In this document: piece by piece, positions 26,130 to 39,450 of the stretch | Numbering within the stretch: position 1 is the stretch's first letter | How the letters are laid out: the number at the start of each line of letters is the position of its first letter | Source of the DNA: Vicugna vicugna | Taxonomy: Eukaryota | Assembly: GCA_013265495.1 (NCBI GenBank) | Contig: MU058584.1 | Coordinates: 6,166,407-6,230,406 of the forward strand | Direction of reading: 5' to 3' | DNA length: 64,000 nt | The notes under the pieces: generated by a model | Database searches by the model: none | What the model was told of the DNA's origin: nothing | What the model saw: the letters and a program-made list of their open reading frames with translations, nothing else | Translations under genes and position numbers: made by a program

Positions 26130-26680
26130 TCCATTCTCCACGCTGATGCCAGTTTTCCTAAAATGTAAATCTGACCATGTTGTGTGTAAACTTTCAGTGA
26201 CTCCCCATCACTGATGGAATGAATTCCCATCACCTTAGAAGGACAGATAAAGCCTCTTGTGACCTAGCCCTGGCTCCCCTCTCCAGCCTCAGTTTTCCCA
26301 CATCCCCTGCAGCTAGAGTTTACTTATCGTCCTCTAAGGGAGCTATGATTTATGGCTCCTGGCTTTTACTGACATTACGTCCTTAGCATAAGACATCTCT
26401 CGTTCTTTTTTGTCTGGCCCAGACTGCGCAGATGTTGCTGGCTCTACGAAAGCTTCCCTCCCCTCCCAGGTGCTGGGTTAGGTGCCCCTACTATGTGCTA
26501 CCCTCACACCCTCTGCCTAATGTATCACAGCACTTATCGCGTGGCGTTGTAACTGTCTGCTCACTTGCCATTTCCACTATTAAATTCTGAGCTCCTTATT
26601 GGAACATTCATGGTAGAGTCTCAGTCTTTAGCACAGGTCCTAACATACTGCAGGAACTCGAACTCTATTTGAAAGTATGA
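26130..26680 (+). mobile_element. L2 3' region
   Basis: ttttcctaaaatgtaaatctgaccatg...ctttcagtgactccccatcac...ttagcacaggtcctaacatactgcagg. Confidence 0.75.
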
Positions 26681-27939
26681 AAGGTGGTGTTACAAGTAGA
26701 GAGACTCACAGGGCAGTGTAAATTTCTGGAAGCATCAAGCAGTAGTGAGAGCAAAGCAGCAGGAAAAACCGAGGGCTCCTGAAGTTCCACGAGCCCTGGA
26801 ATGTGCAAGTCTGGTCAAAACAGTGACCAAAAAATGCAAGCTGACAAGAGCCAGGAAGTGCACAGAAATAAGAAGGCAGTGAGCTCTGGGATCAGAGAAG
26901 CATCTTGGCAGAGAGCGTAGCAAGAAAATTAGGTCCTGGGATAAGATCCTGCCTACTTAAGACATCTCTTCTTTCAATAGGAGCCAACTCAAGGATGTGG
27001 TCAGTCCAAAGCCCATAGTTTCATCAGGGAGGGTGGACCTCACAAGATAGAGATGTTAAAACTGTGAGTAAGTCTTAACAAAGCAATTCCTAATCCTCAC
27101 CTGTTTTCCTGCTAAGCCACAAATCCAAAGAACCAACCAGGTTTAGATGAAGTTAATCCTTTTGTGAAGGGTGAATAGAAGTAGAAGGTGTTCACCTATA
27201 CTTCATAGATGAATGCATGGCGGTCATGTCTGCGATTCCAGATGAACTTTGGTGGACCCTTTGGTTTATACAGTGACTCAATGCATGTCGTCTTCATCTG
27301 CCTCCTCTTCTGAGAACCTGAGCCACCACTCCTCAGCATCCCAAGTCTTAAAGAGTCAGCAGTTTTACAGATTCGGGACCATCATAAAAATATAAAACAA
27401 AATGAATAAGGTCATCCACGTGAAAGATGATCTGCTTTACATTATGGACACATTTTGGCCCCATCCGGGCTTTTTTTCCCCTCCACCATTTCCTGTAACT
27501 GGCCTGTTTTGAGTGATATATGGGGGAGAAGACCTGTGTCAGATATATTCAGCTGCCTGTCATGAGTAATTAAATCCAGTTGTGTTATTGCTTTCCTTAG
27601 TTCTAGCTGACTCTTTGATGCTTTGGTGTCCATGCCAGAAAACTACCTCTTACAATCATCAGGGGCCAGTGTTTTTGCAAAGGTCACTGCAAGCTAATTA
27701 AGCAAATATGTGAAAAATAGTTTTAAATTATCTCAATTAGTAGAGTGTGTGTATACATCTATCTAGAATGGGGGTTGAGGAGAGACTTTTAAAATGATAA
27801 CTGACTTGCAGAGTTAGTGACTTGGTGTCAGAGAACTACACATATACAGCAGCTTTGTACGTTTATTAAGTTGGCATGATTTGACCTTTTGCCACATGAC
27901 AGGCTATATTAGTTACTACAAGTAAACATGCAGAAAATG

Positions 27940-30420
27940 AACATGATATGGAAAAATAGAGTAGAGTAAGGGGGATCGAGAGTCATAGAGGAAGGTCATA
28001 ATTTCAAAGAGTGGCCCGTATTGGTTTTGTTGAACAGACGACATTTGAGCAAAGAGGTTTAGAGGGTGAGGGCATTAGCCATATGGATACCTGGGGGAAG
28101 AGAGGACGGCCAGTGCACATGCCCCAAGTCTTGAGTGTGTCTGGCCTATCTGAGAAACAGCAAGGAGGTCAGTGCAGCTGCAGCAGAGTGGATAAGGGAG
28201 AGAGTGTAGTAAGATATGAGGTTTAGGGATATGACTGGGGCCAGATCACATAGGGTCTTGTAGGTTATAGGAAGGACTTTTACTATTATTCTGATTGAGA
28301 AGGGAAAGCATTGCAGTGTTTTGAGCAGAGAAGTGGCATGATATGACCTGGGTTTTAAAAGAATTCCTTTGGGATGTGCTGAGAAATGATAACAATGGAG
28401 GCAGAGGGGCAGGGGGTAGGATGGAAGCAAGGAAACCAGACAGATGGGGAGTTGATAAACTATGGCTCATGGTCCAAGTTCAGCCTGTTGCTTTTTTGTA
28501 AATAAACTTTTTGTTGGAACACAGCTATGCCCATTTGCACTATAACAGCAGAAGTGAGTAGTTGTCACAATGACCATGTGACTTGAAAAGCAGAAAATAT
28601 TTACTCTATGGCCCTTTTACATAGAAACCTTTCCTGATCCCTAAGTTATTATGTTGCAGTAAATCAGGGGAGAAGTAATGGTGTCTTGGACCAGGGTGGC
28701 AGCACTGATGGTGGTGAGAAGTGTTTGGGTTCTGGATGTGTTTAAAACGAGAAATCAACTGGATTTGCTAAATGACTGTGTGTGGGAGTATAATAAAGAG
28801 AGAAGTCAAAGATGAATCTAAAGTTTTTTGGCCTGAACCAGAACACAGTTACTATCATTTAAGACAGGGAAAGTTGGTGGTAGAACAGTTTTCATGGTAG
28901 GAGATCAGGAATCAGAACAGCTTAAAGTCAACGTTTGTGAGTTTTTAAATAACACCCAGTGAAGATGTCAAGGAGCCAATTGAATAGGCAGGTCTCAAGT
29001 TCAGGAGAGGAGTCTGGGCTGGAGATGGAAAATGAGCATAGAGATGGTATATTCAGGGTCACAGTTCTAGATGAGATTACCAAAAAAATGAGAGAAAATG
29101 GAGAGGAAGACAATGAATGAGCCCTGGAGCAGTTAAACTTTAAAGAGTTTGGGAAGAAGAGGGAAAAACAGCAAAGGAGACCAAGGAGAGAACAATACAA
29201 TAAGGCTAGAGTGGGGTGTTCTGGAAGCCAAGTGAAGAAAGTGTATCAAGGAGGACAGAGGGATTGACTACATCAGTTCTTTCTAGTAAGCCAAGCAAGA
29301 GGAGAACTGAGAATTGACCAAAGCAGTTTTGGTAAGTGGGTAGGAGCAAAAGCTGGATTGGAGCAGGTGTAAGTGAGCATGGGAGGAAAAGACTTGTAGA
29401 GGACTAATATCAACAACTTGCTCAGGGAGTTTTGTTAGAAAGGGGAACATATTTGCAAACAAATAAGGCAGAATCAGGCAAGGGAAGTAGGGTTTAGAGA
29501 AAGGTTTTTTGTCTTTGTTTTTAAGATGGGAGAAATAATTCGGTAGAGAGAGAGAAACCTGTGATTCAGGAGAGGAAATGGGAAAATTGCTAGAGCAGTG
29601 TCATTGAGTAAGTAAGACAAGATGGGATCTAGTTTGCAAGTGGAGAGATTGACATTAGATGGGAGAACAGTGTGATATAATATGATCATTAAGCAGCATA
29701 TGGGTTTTCTTGAGGTCCATAATCGAGAGCCTTTGTCTTCAGGGCACTCTTTTGCATGAATGAAGGCACAGATTAGGTAAAAAAAAGATGAATTTAACCA
29801 GTGTTGTGGTTTTGTTAAGTGAGTACAACAAGGAATTAAGGGTATATACAAAGAAGTGATTGTATTGATGGATCACGGAATTTAAGATGGGTAAGGAGAA
29901 GAGAGAGAATATTAAGAAGGTTGGAAACAGTGCAAAGATAGATGAATGGATTGGAGAACCTGGTGAAGTTGGAATTGGGGCACTAGAGGGGTAGATGGAG
30001 GTTATGGTCAGAGAATAGAATGAATTAAGTTGAGATTATGGAGGGATTATTGGTAATAAGAAGGTGGAGGGTTATGAATGTATAAATGAATTGCTTAAGT
30101 GGTGTGAATGGCTGGATCACTGGAAGAGAGGAATTCAAGAAACTAGAGGTTAGAGTGTTGGACTGAGTCATCTCCTGTGTAAAACTGCAATCTTCAAAGA
30201 ATGAAGACGTTAGCAGTACTGGAGAGAGTGGAAGTGAACCAAGAACTAAAATCAGTGGGAAATAAAGGGGTATTACCTAGGGGTTGCTTAGTGACACCAA
30301 CAATGAGGAATAATGGTTAATACAATTTAATTATATGAGATTCAACCCCAAGAGTGTCTAAGGAGGAGGAAGAATGAGAATGGCTTGGAAATAGCAATAA
30401 GAAGCTTGGAGGGTACCAAC
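27940..30420 (-). mobile_element. Long (~2.5 kb) L2 fragment, interrupted by MER58A
   Basis: Purine-rich antisense L2 motifs throughout (gacatttgagcaaaga..., ttctggaagccaagtgaagaaagtgtatcaagga...). Confidence 0.8.
28446..28643. mobile_element. MER58A (hAT-Charlie) nested in L2
   Basis: gataaactatggctcatggtccaag...ttttgtaaataaactttttgttggaacacagc...aaaatatttactctatggccctttta. Confidence 0.85.
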
Positions 30421-30926
30421 TTCACATGTGATTTAAATGTTTAGCTGAGGCTCCAAGGATAAGTGATTGTTCTTATAGGGAGGCCGGGGAAAGAATATGT
30501 CAGGCAGAGTGAAATGCTTGGGGACTTAAGAGCATGTACCTAGAAATGGTGAGGATGTGGATCTGGCTGGGGCGTCAGGTCGGGGCATGGTGCTGTGGAT
30601 GGAGAGAAAGCATGATGGAAGACAGTGACAGGTCTTGTACATTCTGATTAAGCAAAAGGTTCTAGGGCTATCTAAGGTTTTTAGTCAGGGCACTTGACCT
30701 CATCAGGTTTATTTCACAAAGATAAATCTTGCTACAATGTGAAAAACGGCTGGAGGCAAAGACAACTAGAGAGCTACAGCAGTAATTTAAACTACAGACA
30801 AAAGGGCCTGAGCTTAGGCAGTGCCCATGGGGAAAGAGGAAAACACTGGGAAGGTAAGATCAACAGGAGTTGTTGCCTTGGATAGAATCGATGAGAGAAA
30901 GAAAGGAATCAAGAAAGACTTGCAGT

Positions 30927-31004
30927 AGGGAATGGCTGTAACTCAGTGGTAGAGTGTGATTCCACAAGTTTCCAGGGTTCAATCCCCAGCATCTGTTAAA
31001 AAAA
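30927..31004 (+). mobile_element. Short, diverged tRNA-derived SINE or tRNA retropseudogene with poly(A) and TSD
   Basis: A box (taactcagtggtagag), B box (gggttcaatcccc) and A-tail. TSD aaagacttg(c/a)ag at 30914-30925 and 31005-31016. Confidence 0.8.
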
Positions 31005-32019
31005 AAAGACTTGAAGATTTTTAACTATAGTCACTAGACAGAATATGCTACCTTTTACCAGCTTAAAGAATCAAGAAGCACAACCAAGATACCCTGCTAG
31101 ATGGTACGTCTTTTAACAGGCAATCACATGGCAGAGCCTTAACGAGTACACCTTATTCTGTAGTTAGATATTTATTTCCCTCATGGAACTCAAGGTTCCT
31201 TCAAGTATCTTTGAGACTGCAAGACTTTGGTGAGGTTTTGAGGGACCAGTCATATTCTTTTCTCTGAAAGGCTTATCCAATTTAGGAATAAACTCAGGAA
31301 TCAAGGATCAAATATTAGTTTACTAGATATAAAGCAAGGTTGGAGAATATAGCTGCAGCCCAGATAAGGTTTCCTCACATGCCTTGTTACACACCCCCCG
31401 CTCCCCGTCCCACCCCACCACTCCACAATCGAGAGCTTGGGACTTGATTGCCCTCACCTGCCCACCGCACTCCACCCCCACCGCACCAGGACAGAGTCAG
31501 ATCGGAAGAGTTGGTATTTGCCAGGACAGATACAGGAGATCTGCAATCGCCCATGACCCAGGAAGGATGAAGGACTGATGGGAAAGGACTGTCACTTTCT
31601 TTCCATAGTGAAACAAGGGCAAGCTAGAAGATAATTCCTACTCTATGAGTCCAGTCACTTCTCCCAGTCTCACAGAGAAGTCATTGCTCTTTCTGTGGGA
31701 AAGAGTGAGCTAGAGATGGACAAAGGACAGAAATGCTCCCTCCTCCCTCTCCTGATCACTCTTGGAAGTGGAATGAAAATCCATGCCTCTCCATGGAAAT
31801 CGAGACATGGAGTAATAAACATTCCCTGAGCAATGACAGGGCCTATGTTAGACACAGGCGAACCGGAGATGGAAATGCAGATAAAGTGGCCTAGTCATAG
31901 GTGGGCCCTAAGTGGGAGAATGTGCCTGCCCCCATGTGCAAAACGCTGGGCCAGGGCACTGGAGGGAAATGGAAGACAGAGGACTCAGAAGATACCCTGG
32001 GCCACTCTCTAGCTGAGTT

Positions 32020-32420
32020 GAAAAGGAGAAGGTTTAGATGCAAAGGCACCTTATAAAACTCAAAGGCAAGAGCACAGTGGAGGCTCAGGAGGGGACCAGA
32101 GACAAGAAAGCCACTGGGAACCAGGAACCAGACCCTCCCCATCACAAGCCTTTGCTTCTCTCTGTGCAGTGGCTTCAGTTTACTCTTTCCCTGTGGGTGG
32201 CGTTCTCTGCACCCTGGTTCGCGTAACAGAAAGCATGGGCAACGTCAGCTTCCTGGTTTGCAGGGTCTGGGTTTAGCGGAGAGAGGGGCTGACTCTTCCT
32301 CAGCAGCCCTCCACCTTGCTGTCAATTCTCATTTCACTGGAAAGGGTCACCAATGGGCCTGGCCCAGGTCAGAGCCTCACTTCTGATCCAGTCCACTGTG
32401 GGAAAGGCTGTGGGTATCCC
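32020..32420. mobile_element. Old MLT1-like LTR
   Basis: aatgggcctggcccaggtcagagcctcacttctgatccagtccactgtggg resembles the old MLT1 terminus. Confidence 0.5.
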
Positions 32421-34112
32421 ACCTTCTCCAGCCCCAGCTGTGGGTTATAGTTGAGGGACACGGAGGAGGAGAGCTGGGAAGGTACTTCAAAACTGTCTTC
32501 CGTGTCTGAGTGTCCCCAGTGACTGAGATCAGGAAATACTAGGAAAATTTAAAATCATGTAACGTCTTCATGTGATGCACTAGAGATGAAGTGAAGCAGT
32601 CTCTCGATAGGAACTCTTAAAAAGAGCATTTTGGGAAGGCAGCCAACAACCTGCAGTTGGGACTTTAGCCAGATGAAGAAGGCTGCAATTTTCCTGCGCC
32701 CGCTGCATTAAATATGTGTACAGAAAGGTGGGGTTATTATGAGAACAAAAGGATGTCATGGAAGAATGTCTGGTTCTCACCTCCTCTAGGAATATTTGTC
32801 AAGAAAGAAAAAGGAATGTGGCAGACGGGCCCTTTGTGTCTACCAGATGTTCTCTGACAATATGTATTACCAAAACTGAAATTTAAATTATGAGAGCCAG
32901 CCCACTGAGCAATGAAATATCCAGTGGCACTTTGAGTCCCACTCATTAATCCTTTGTGGGTGTTGCTCTGGGTCAAGCTACCATTTCTTGACATGAAACA
33001 TTGGTCTGTCTCTGGAATCTTAGCCCTTTGGCCCTTTCCTGGCTCAGAAGGTGCATGAGAAGCACTTTTCTCTGCCTGTTCCTCATTTCAGCCCTTTGGA
33101 ATTTCTGTTAAAATGGTGGGATGATAGTAGTAGTAAACACTCAGTGAATGCTGAGTTCTTTACGTCTATGACTTTATTTAATTCTTTCAACAGCCCTGTG
33201 AGATAGGAGGCTGAGCCTTAGAGAGTTGAAGAAAATAGCCCAAGATCATGTGGTTGGTTCAAGAACTGAACACAACTGGGAACCCAGCGTTGCTTGATAT
33301 CAAAGTCTGTACAGTTGAAATAATCAAAAGGGATAATGATGGTGTTCAGGGAAATATGAAAATATTATGTTTACAGTAGTAATATATTTATATGACATTG
33401 CCAGATGGTTTCAGATATTTCACTGGAAGTTAGCAAGTAGAGCTTCGTGAACTTGAGGTAGTAATTTTCCCAAGTGTGTCCAGGGGAGAGTAATGACCTT
33501 CTCTTTCTGCTCCTCAAAGTCCTTGTCCCACTCGCATATAGTGTCAGAAGATTCTCTGGATTATTTTTTAAGAGGATGACCACTGTGAAGAGGACTGGGC
33601 CTGGAGCTGGCTCCTGAGATGATCCCACTGCGGTCAGATCCCTGGTTTGAAGAACTAGACCTCCACTGAAAAGGCTAATCCAGAAGAAATCTAGAAGAGG
33701 CTTCAGGCAAACCCTCACTGTGCAAGATGATTGTCCCCCCCCAAACCTGCTGACCCTCTGCCGGTCAGATCCTGGACTTCGCCTTGTTCTTTGGTTCTCG
33801 CTACTTGTCCTCATGAAATGTATCGTCTCTTCTTTATGGTTATGGTATATTATTAGATGACTTCTCCAAATCTGCATTAAGGAGCCATTTAATAAGCCTT
33901 TATAATTTTTAAGGTATTTACAATACATTTAAATAATTTTAATGTACTTAAAAATTTTTTTGTTTATAGAAAAAAAAAGTGGTAATTAACCACACAAGTA
34001 ACTTGCAGTTCAGCTTGTCTGTTGGTCTATACACTGTCCCAGGAAACCCTACAGAAGGATTGGCTTTCCTTTTGTTTGAGTTGAAAAATTGAATAAAAAT
34101 TATGAGCCCTTT

Positions 34113-34152
34113 TTCTGTGTGTGTGTGTGTGTGTGCGCACACACACACAGAA
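34113..34152. repeat. Self-complementary compound microsatellite ttc(TG)10CG(CA)6gaa
   Basis: Read directly from the sequence. Confidence 0.95.
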
Positions 34153-34379
34153 TTTTACAGATCAATTCAAGGGAAGCACTATAGTACAAATTATTATGGT
34201 GGCAAAACTATCACTATTTAGACTGAGTTACTCTTCCAAGCTTAGGATTCTTTTCAATAGATTCCCTCATTTTTCAAACGACACATATATCAGAAGGGAC
34301 CCTTATAATCTCGAATCTTACAGGTGGAACTGACTTTAGAAAGGTTCTAGTCCAACATCCAACTCAGACTTTTGATGCT

Positions 34380-34600
34380 AAATAATAATAGCAAATATTT
34401 ATTGTTATGTACTCAGCACTGTAGTAAATGTTTTTGATGTATTAATACAGCTAGTCGTCATAATTTTTCTAGGTCAGTACCATCTTTATTCCCATTTTAC
34501 AGAACAGTAAACTAAGGCATAAAGGATGTACGTAACTTACCTGAGGTTACACAACTAGAGTTGAAGCTGGCAAGTGCGGCTCTGAGTTCTTCAGCACCAT
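34380..34600 (-). mobile_element. MIR SINE
   Basis: aataataatagcaaatatttattg...cccattttacagaacagtaaactaaggcataaagg. Confidence 0.8.
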
Positions 34601-35543
34601 GCGATTGTGCAGAAGGTATGGAAGAACTGTACCAAAGGTGATCTAGAAGAGGTTACCTCTGCTCTGACCAGTCTTCAGAGGCCTGATGTTACCTCTGGAT
34701 CCTTTCTGATATTCCCATATTTTGCTCTGGACAATGCTTTTTGCCTCTATCCTCAAATCGTACAGTATTCTAAAAATAAATGAGCACAAAATATAAAATA
34801 AGCCAAATTATTACAGAATAGATCCGTTCTAGACCCTGCTTTTTTATTTTCATTCTGGGAAAAAGAGCCTCAGTTCTGCTCTATAGAACCCAAGTGCATT
34901 CTCTGATTTCTGTTGGTACCAAATATGGGCAGAGAAGTCAAATGATGAAGGAAGAACCCCTCTGTACATCTTTTGGCGTGATGGATGACTTGGTAGTGAG
35001 AGCATGGTAACGGCTTCTTGGAGTCAGCACGTGACAGCTAGGAGAGGTGAGAAGTCAGGGAGACCTGGTCTTAGAGAAGAAACAGTTTATTGGTTAAACT
35101 TCCTATGGGCCAGGCCCTTCATTTCTCATCACAGGGATTGCAGCAGCTGCTAATCTGAAGACAGGATCCAGAGAGAGATTAATGAGAAAGCCTAACTCTC
35201 TCTGGAATATGAGCAGATCCTGGGACCACAAGACTGGCTCCAGTAGAGGTGGTTTAAGGAGCCAGGAGCCCAGATTGTCTAAAGCAGAATGTTAGCCCCC
35301 TGGTTAGGAAAGATGAGAACTCTCAGCAGAGGCTCCGGTCTGGGTTTGGTGTGTGATGCTCAAGTCACTCTTTCCTGCAGGTCAAGCCCTGATGATCAGG
35401 AAGAAGTGTGAGGCCGGGTGAGGCACTAGGTCCCTGTCAGTAAAGCCTTTCATTTCAGCCTTAGAAGCATTGATTGAGATCTTCCCTTCCTCCGGTGGCT
35501 GAGACCTCCCTCTCTCCCTTCAGAAGTCTTCAGCACTGCTTTC

Positions 35544-35683
35544 AAATTTGGGAGTTTGAGATTTGCAAATGTTAGCCACTATATATAAAAATAGATTTTT
35601 TAAAAGTTTCTTCTGTATAGCACAGGGAACTATATTCAATATCTTGTAATAACCTTTAACGAAAAAGAATATGAAAAAAAAAA
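35544..35683 (+). mobile_element. Young L1 3'UTR fragment ending at an internal A-tract
   Basis: aaatttgggagtttgagatttgcaaatg...tgtatagcacagggaactatattcaatatcttgtaataacctttaacgaaaaagaatatg(A)10. Confidence 0.85.
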
Positions 35684-36179
35684 TCTTTCCAGAGAGGCCA
35701 ATGATTCAAGTTAGGGTGGGATGAGGCGGAGGGAGAAGAGAGAACATTGAATAAAATATCTTTTCCCTTTTCCACCCTTTGTAGCAAACTCTTGGATGCA
35801 GAAAGTTTATTTCAGTTTAACTTTGATAACCCCATTGATAATATCAAAGAGTATAATTGTGCAGGATCTGAAATGGCTACTGCCTTGGGCTACGGCATCA
35901 CAAAACTTGCCCAGACTTCAGTCAGCATGTGGTTGACCCATAGCTTTACTGGGCAATGTTCCCTTCTCTCTTCTCTCACCCTTTGAATCCCCACTAACCA
36001 TATACCGCCCTCTGAGATGACTTGCCCAGGGACATGAAAAGTAGATTACTTATTGTTTCTTTACCTCAATTTCTACTTTCAGTTAAATAACGGTAACTCA
36101 AATTCTACCCCATTCCAGTTCCATCCCTTATCTTTAACTTTAGGAAGGTTTGAATAAAGCTGGAGTCTCACAAGGACTA

Positions 36180-36572
36180 TATTCTAGGTTCTTATGTCTT
36201 TGCTGTTCCTGGAAGAACCAAGCACAGTCTTGCCTCTTGGCCTTTGCATTTCCTGTTTCCTCTACTTGATACACACATGGCTTACTTTTTCACTTCCTTC
36301 AGGTCTCTGCTGTAAAGTTACTAAAGAAGACTTCCCTAATTCTTTTTCCTCCCTTTCCTCCTTACTTTCTGTATTTTTCTTCAAAGCATTATCAGTATTT
36401 GACATTACGTAGGAAACATACTGTGGATAAATCTGTTTATCTCTCCAGAATAGCATGTAGGCTCTGGAAAGCATTGCTTTTGCTTATTTTTTACTGTCAT
36501 ATCTCTAGCATTCAGTAGAGTGCTGTCCCAAAATAGATGCTCAATGAATATTTTCTGAATGAGTAAATGAAA
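36180..36572 (+). mobile_element. L2 3' end
   Basis: ...ggcctttgcatttcctgtttcctctac...gatgctcaatgaatattttctgaatgagtaaatgaa. Confidence 0.8.
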
Positions 36573-39450
36573 TGGAACCATCAGGGTGTTTTAAAAAAAA
36601 CTAACCCCCCCCCCAAAAAATACAAAGCAAAATAAAAACCCAAAACCTTACATGTAATAACAAAGGTACTGCGATTGAACACATTTCCTATTTGTTTTCT
36701 CGTAATTTATTTCCCAATTATCAGGCTTCCTTTTTTTTCTCACAGTTCTAAAGCTCAGTCAGCTTCCCTGCGTTTCCACATATACTCCCAAGCCGTGAAA
36801 TTCCCTGTTTTTACAATGCCAGGAAGAAGTGACATAAGAATACATCTGGTGACCCACTTACAATGGGCCACATTTAAAGCTATCCTGTGTTAAAGGGTGC
36901 TGTTTTAAATGGACCACCCTGTATGTTAACAGGAGATTGTGCCTTTCTGCCAATTAGCTCAGAAGTGTTTTATAAATAAAAAGATGATGCTGGAGAAAAG
37001 AATTCTCTTTTTCGTATTTTTTTCTTTTAATTCACATGGAAAATTTTATTGTACAAATCTTCTGCTCAGCTGTACAATGACAGAGCAATTCAGCCCAGAA
37101 AGATGATTCTTCAGGCTCAGAATATCTGCCTGTTATGATTTATGGATGCGAAAGAGCAGGCTTCAGTTTTGAGAGGGGGCGGGGTGAAACTACAGAAGAC
37201 TAGATTCCATAGAAACAATCCTTCTAGGTAAGAGGATAGATCCTCTAAACTTCACTTCCTCTTTCCTAAATGGATACTGCTGGGTCTTGGAAAAGAACAT
37301 CAAGTGCAAGAGAGAAAAGGAAAGGCAGACTAATTTACAACTGTTTCAAGAATGCAGTTGCTGGATATCTCCTGATAGGGGGTTCTGTTGTCCTTTGGAG
37401 AATAATATGAAAATTCAAGCTCCGATTGAGCTTCTGTAATATAGAAATTAAAACTCCACTCCAAACCTTCACCCGCACCTAAAGCCAAGTCCTTTTAGAT
37501 GTGTGGTAGGGATCTGTTTACTTTGTATGGAAAATCATTTTCTTTTTATTAGCAAGCTCCAGGGTTTCCTGATGATCTGAAAGGCTGTTACCTCTCAGAG
37601 GGCAGTCATGGGGCATTCTTGGCACAGAGGCCAGAAAGACTGGAAATCTTATTTCACAACATTTTCTGCCTGGCTTTTAAAGTCAAAGTGGACAAATGGT
37701 TCTGATACGTTCAGCAATACCTTTAAATCTGAATTGCCTTGTTGTCCTGAGCTGACCTGGGGAGGTTAAAAACCAAACCAAACCAAAATAAACAAAAAAT
37801 AAAAACAAAAACGGAAACCAACGTATCATGAACAACTTTTTTCCTTCCTCAGCAAGCACGTTTGAGCCAGGAGAACGTAGCTGTTCTCTTTCCATGATCA
37901 TCAAGAATCAAGCACAAGGTTTCTTCATTGCTTATTTATTGGACTCATGGTGGGGCGGGGTAGGGGTGGTGGCAAGGGGTTCGGTAGTCTTTAGACACAT
38001 TTTTAGTTCCATCTTTTCCTTGCTCTCTTGCTATTGTTCCATTGTTCACCTTTAGCAAGCAGGCTACCCCGTTTTCTTCTTATCTCATCAAGTTCTACAA
38101 AGGGATCTCCTCTAGCAGATATACCTTAAACATTCCAATTCACATCGATCTCCCCATCTCGACCAATAGCAGAGATTTTCCAGGAACCCAAGTACTTACT
38201 GTTGGAATTGGGCATCTTTCCCTCCATCTCTCTACCTGTATAATTAAGTCAAATAAACTCGTCCCAGCAACCTTCTGACTTCTGACTGCAAGATCACTCC
38301 TGGATCTCCTACCCAGGAGCCCAAACCCTTGAATTTCAGTAGCCTGTAGTCTCCTTGGTTCAACCGAAACCCTTCCAGAGGCTCCTCTGCCAGTTCCCAC
38401 TGCCTTTCAAATGCCTTCTAGTCCACACATCCTTTTCTCTTTACTTTGCCATCTATTCACCAACATCAGATCCACTCTTTGTTCATGTTTCCGAGCCTCC
38501 AGCACCCCCAGGGCCAATGTGGTCCACTTGTTGAGTGATGCTGTCAGTCAGCTCTGGCTCATCACAAAATGAGTGTCCCCTAACCCCACACTTCCATATG
38601 GCCTCCCGATATGATTGTAATTGCATTCTCTGTCTACAGTAGGCAAAATAAATCATGTGGTGAGAATGGGTACGTTTTAAGCTGGTTCCAAGGCAGACTT
38701 TAATAGAAAATGAGCAAGGTCTCCCTTAGGACCTTTTCTACTTATTGGTCCCTTCCTGGAATGGGATTTCCTGATAGTTAATATTTCTCAATCAGATTAC
38801 ATAAAATACCTGCTTCTAGATCTTGCTTTTGGGCCTTTAGACCACATAGGTGATCATATTAAGTGGGGACTGTAATAAAACCTCAGCCGTATACATGATA
38901 ATCCCAAGTGCACTATGACACTTGAGGGAAATTGAGACTAAGCATAGAGGAATGAGTGTAGGTGGCTTTAATGTAATCATTAAAGCTATCATTTATTGAA
39001 GAACTACTTTGGGCCAGGCACTGACTGGTTACTTTATATATGTTCTCTTACTTAAATGTGGCTAGAGACTTTCAGTTCAGAGTTATCACTGAAATCTACC
39101 TTCCTGAGTTTATTTCCTGGGCTGCTCTTTTCCTGTATGTGATTTTAGAGCATGAACTTAAGAAGCTGAGACATCTAGTTCTTCCTCTTTCATGTGGGTA
39201 AGAATCTTAACGTCTTAAAATAGGATCATCAATTTCTCATCCATAAAATATGAGAATGATAACACCTACTTAGTAAGATTTATGTGACAAGTAAATTATA
39301 TATTATGATCAAGATGGGAATTATAGTGGCTGTTCTATGTTAGGTGTTCAATAAATGAGAGCAGTGGGTATAATTTCTACCTAGATATATGTGTCTGGCA
39401 AGGGAGGAGGCACCCAGAGTCACACTTGTTGGTACTAAAATTCTTTATTT

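Noticed and set aside
33371..33928. Longest ORF in the track (185 aa, minus strand)
   Set aside because: No recognisable domain or splice partners and low-information composition. An ORF of this size can arise by chance in 64 kb over six frames.
35240..35255. CTCF-like motif ccagtagaggtgg
   Set aside because: Mismatches in the core GGC positions make it too weak to call.
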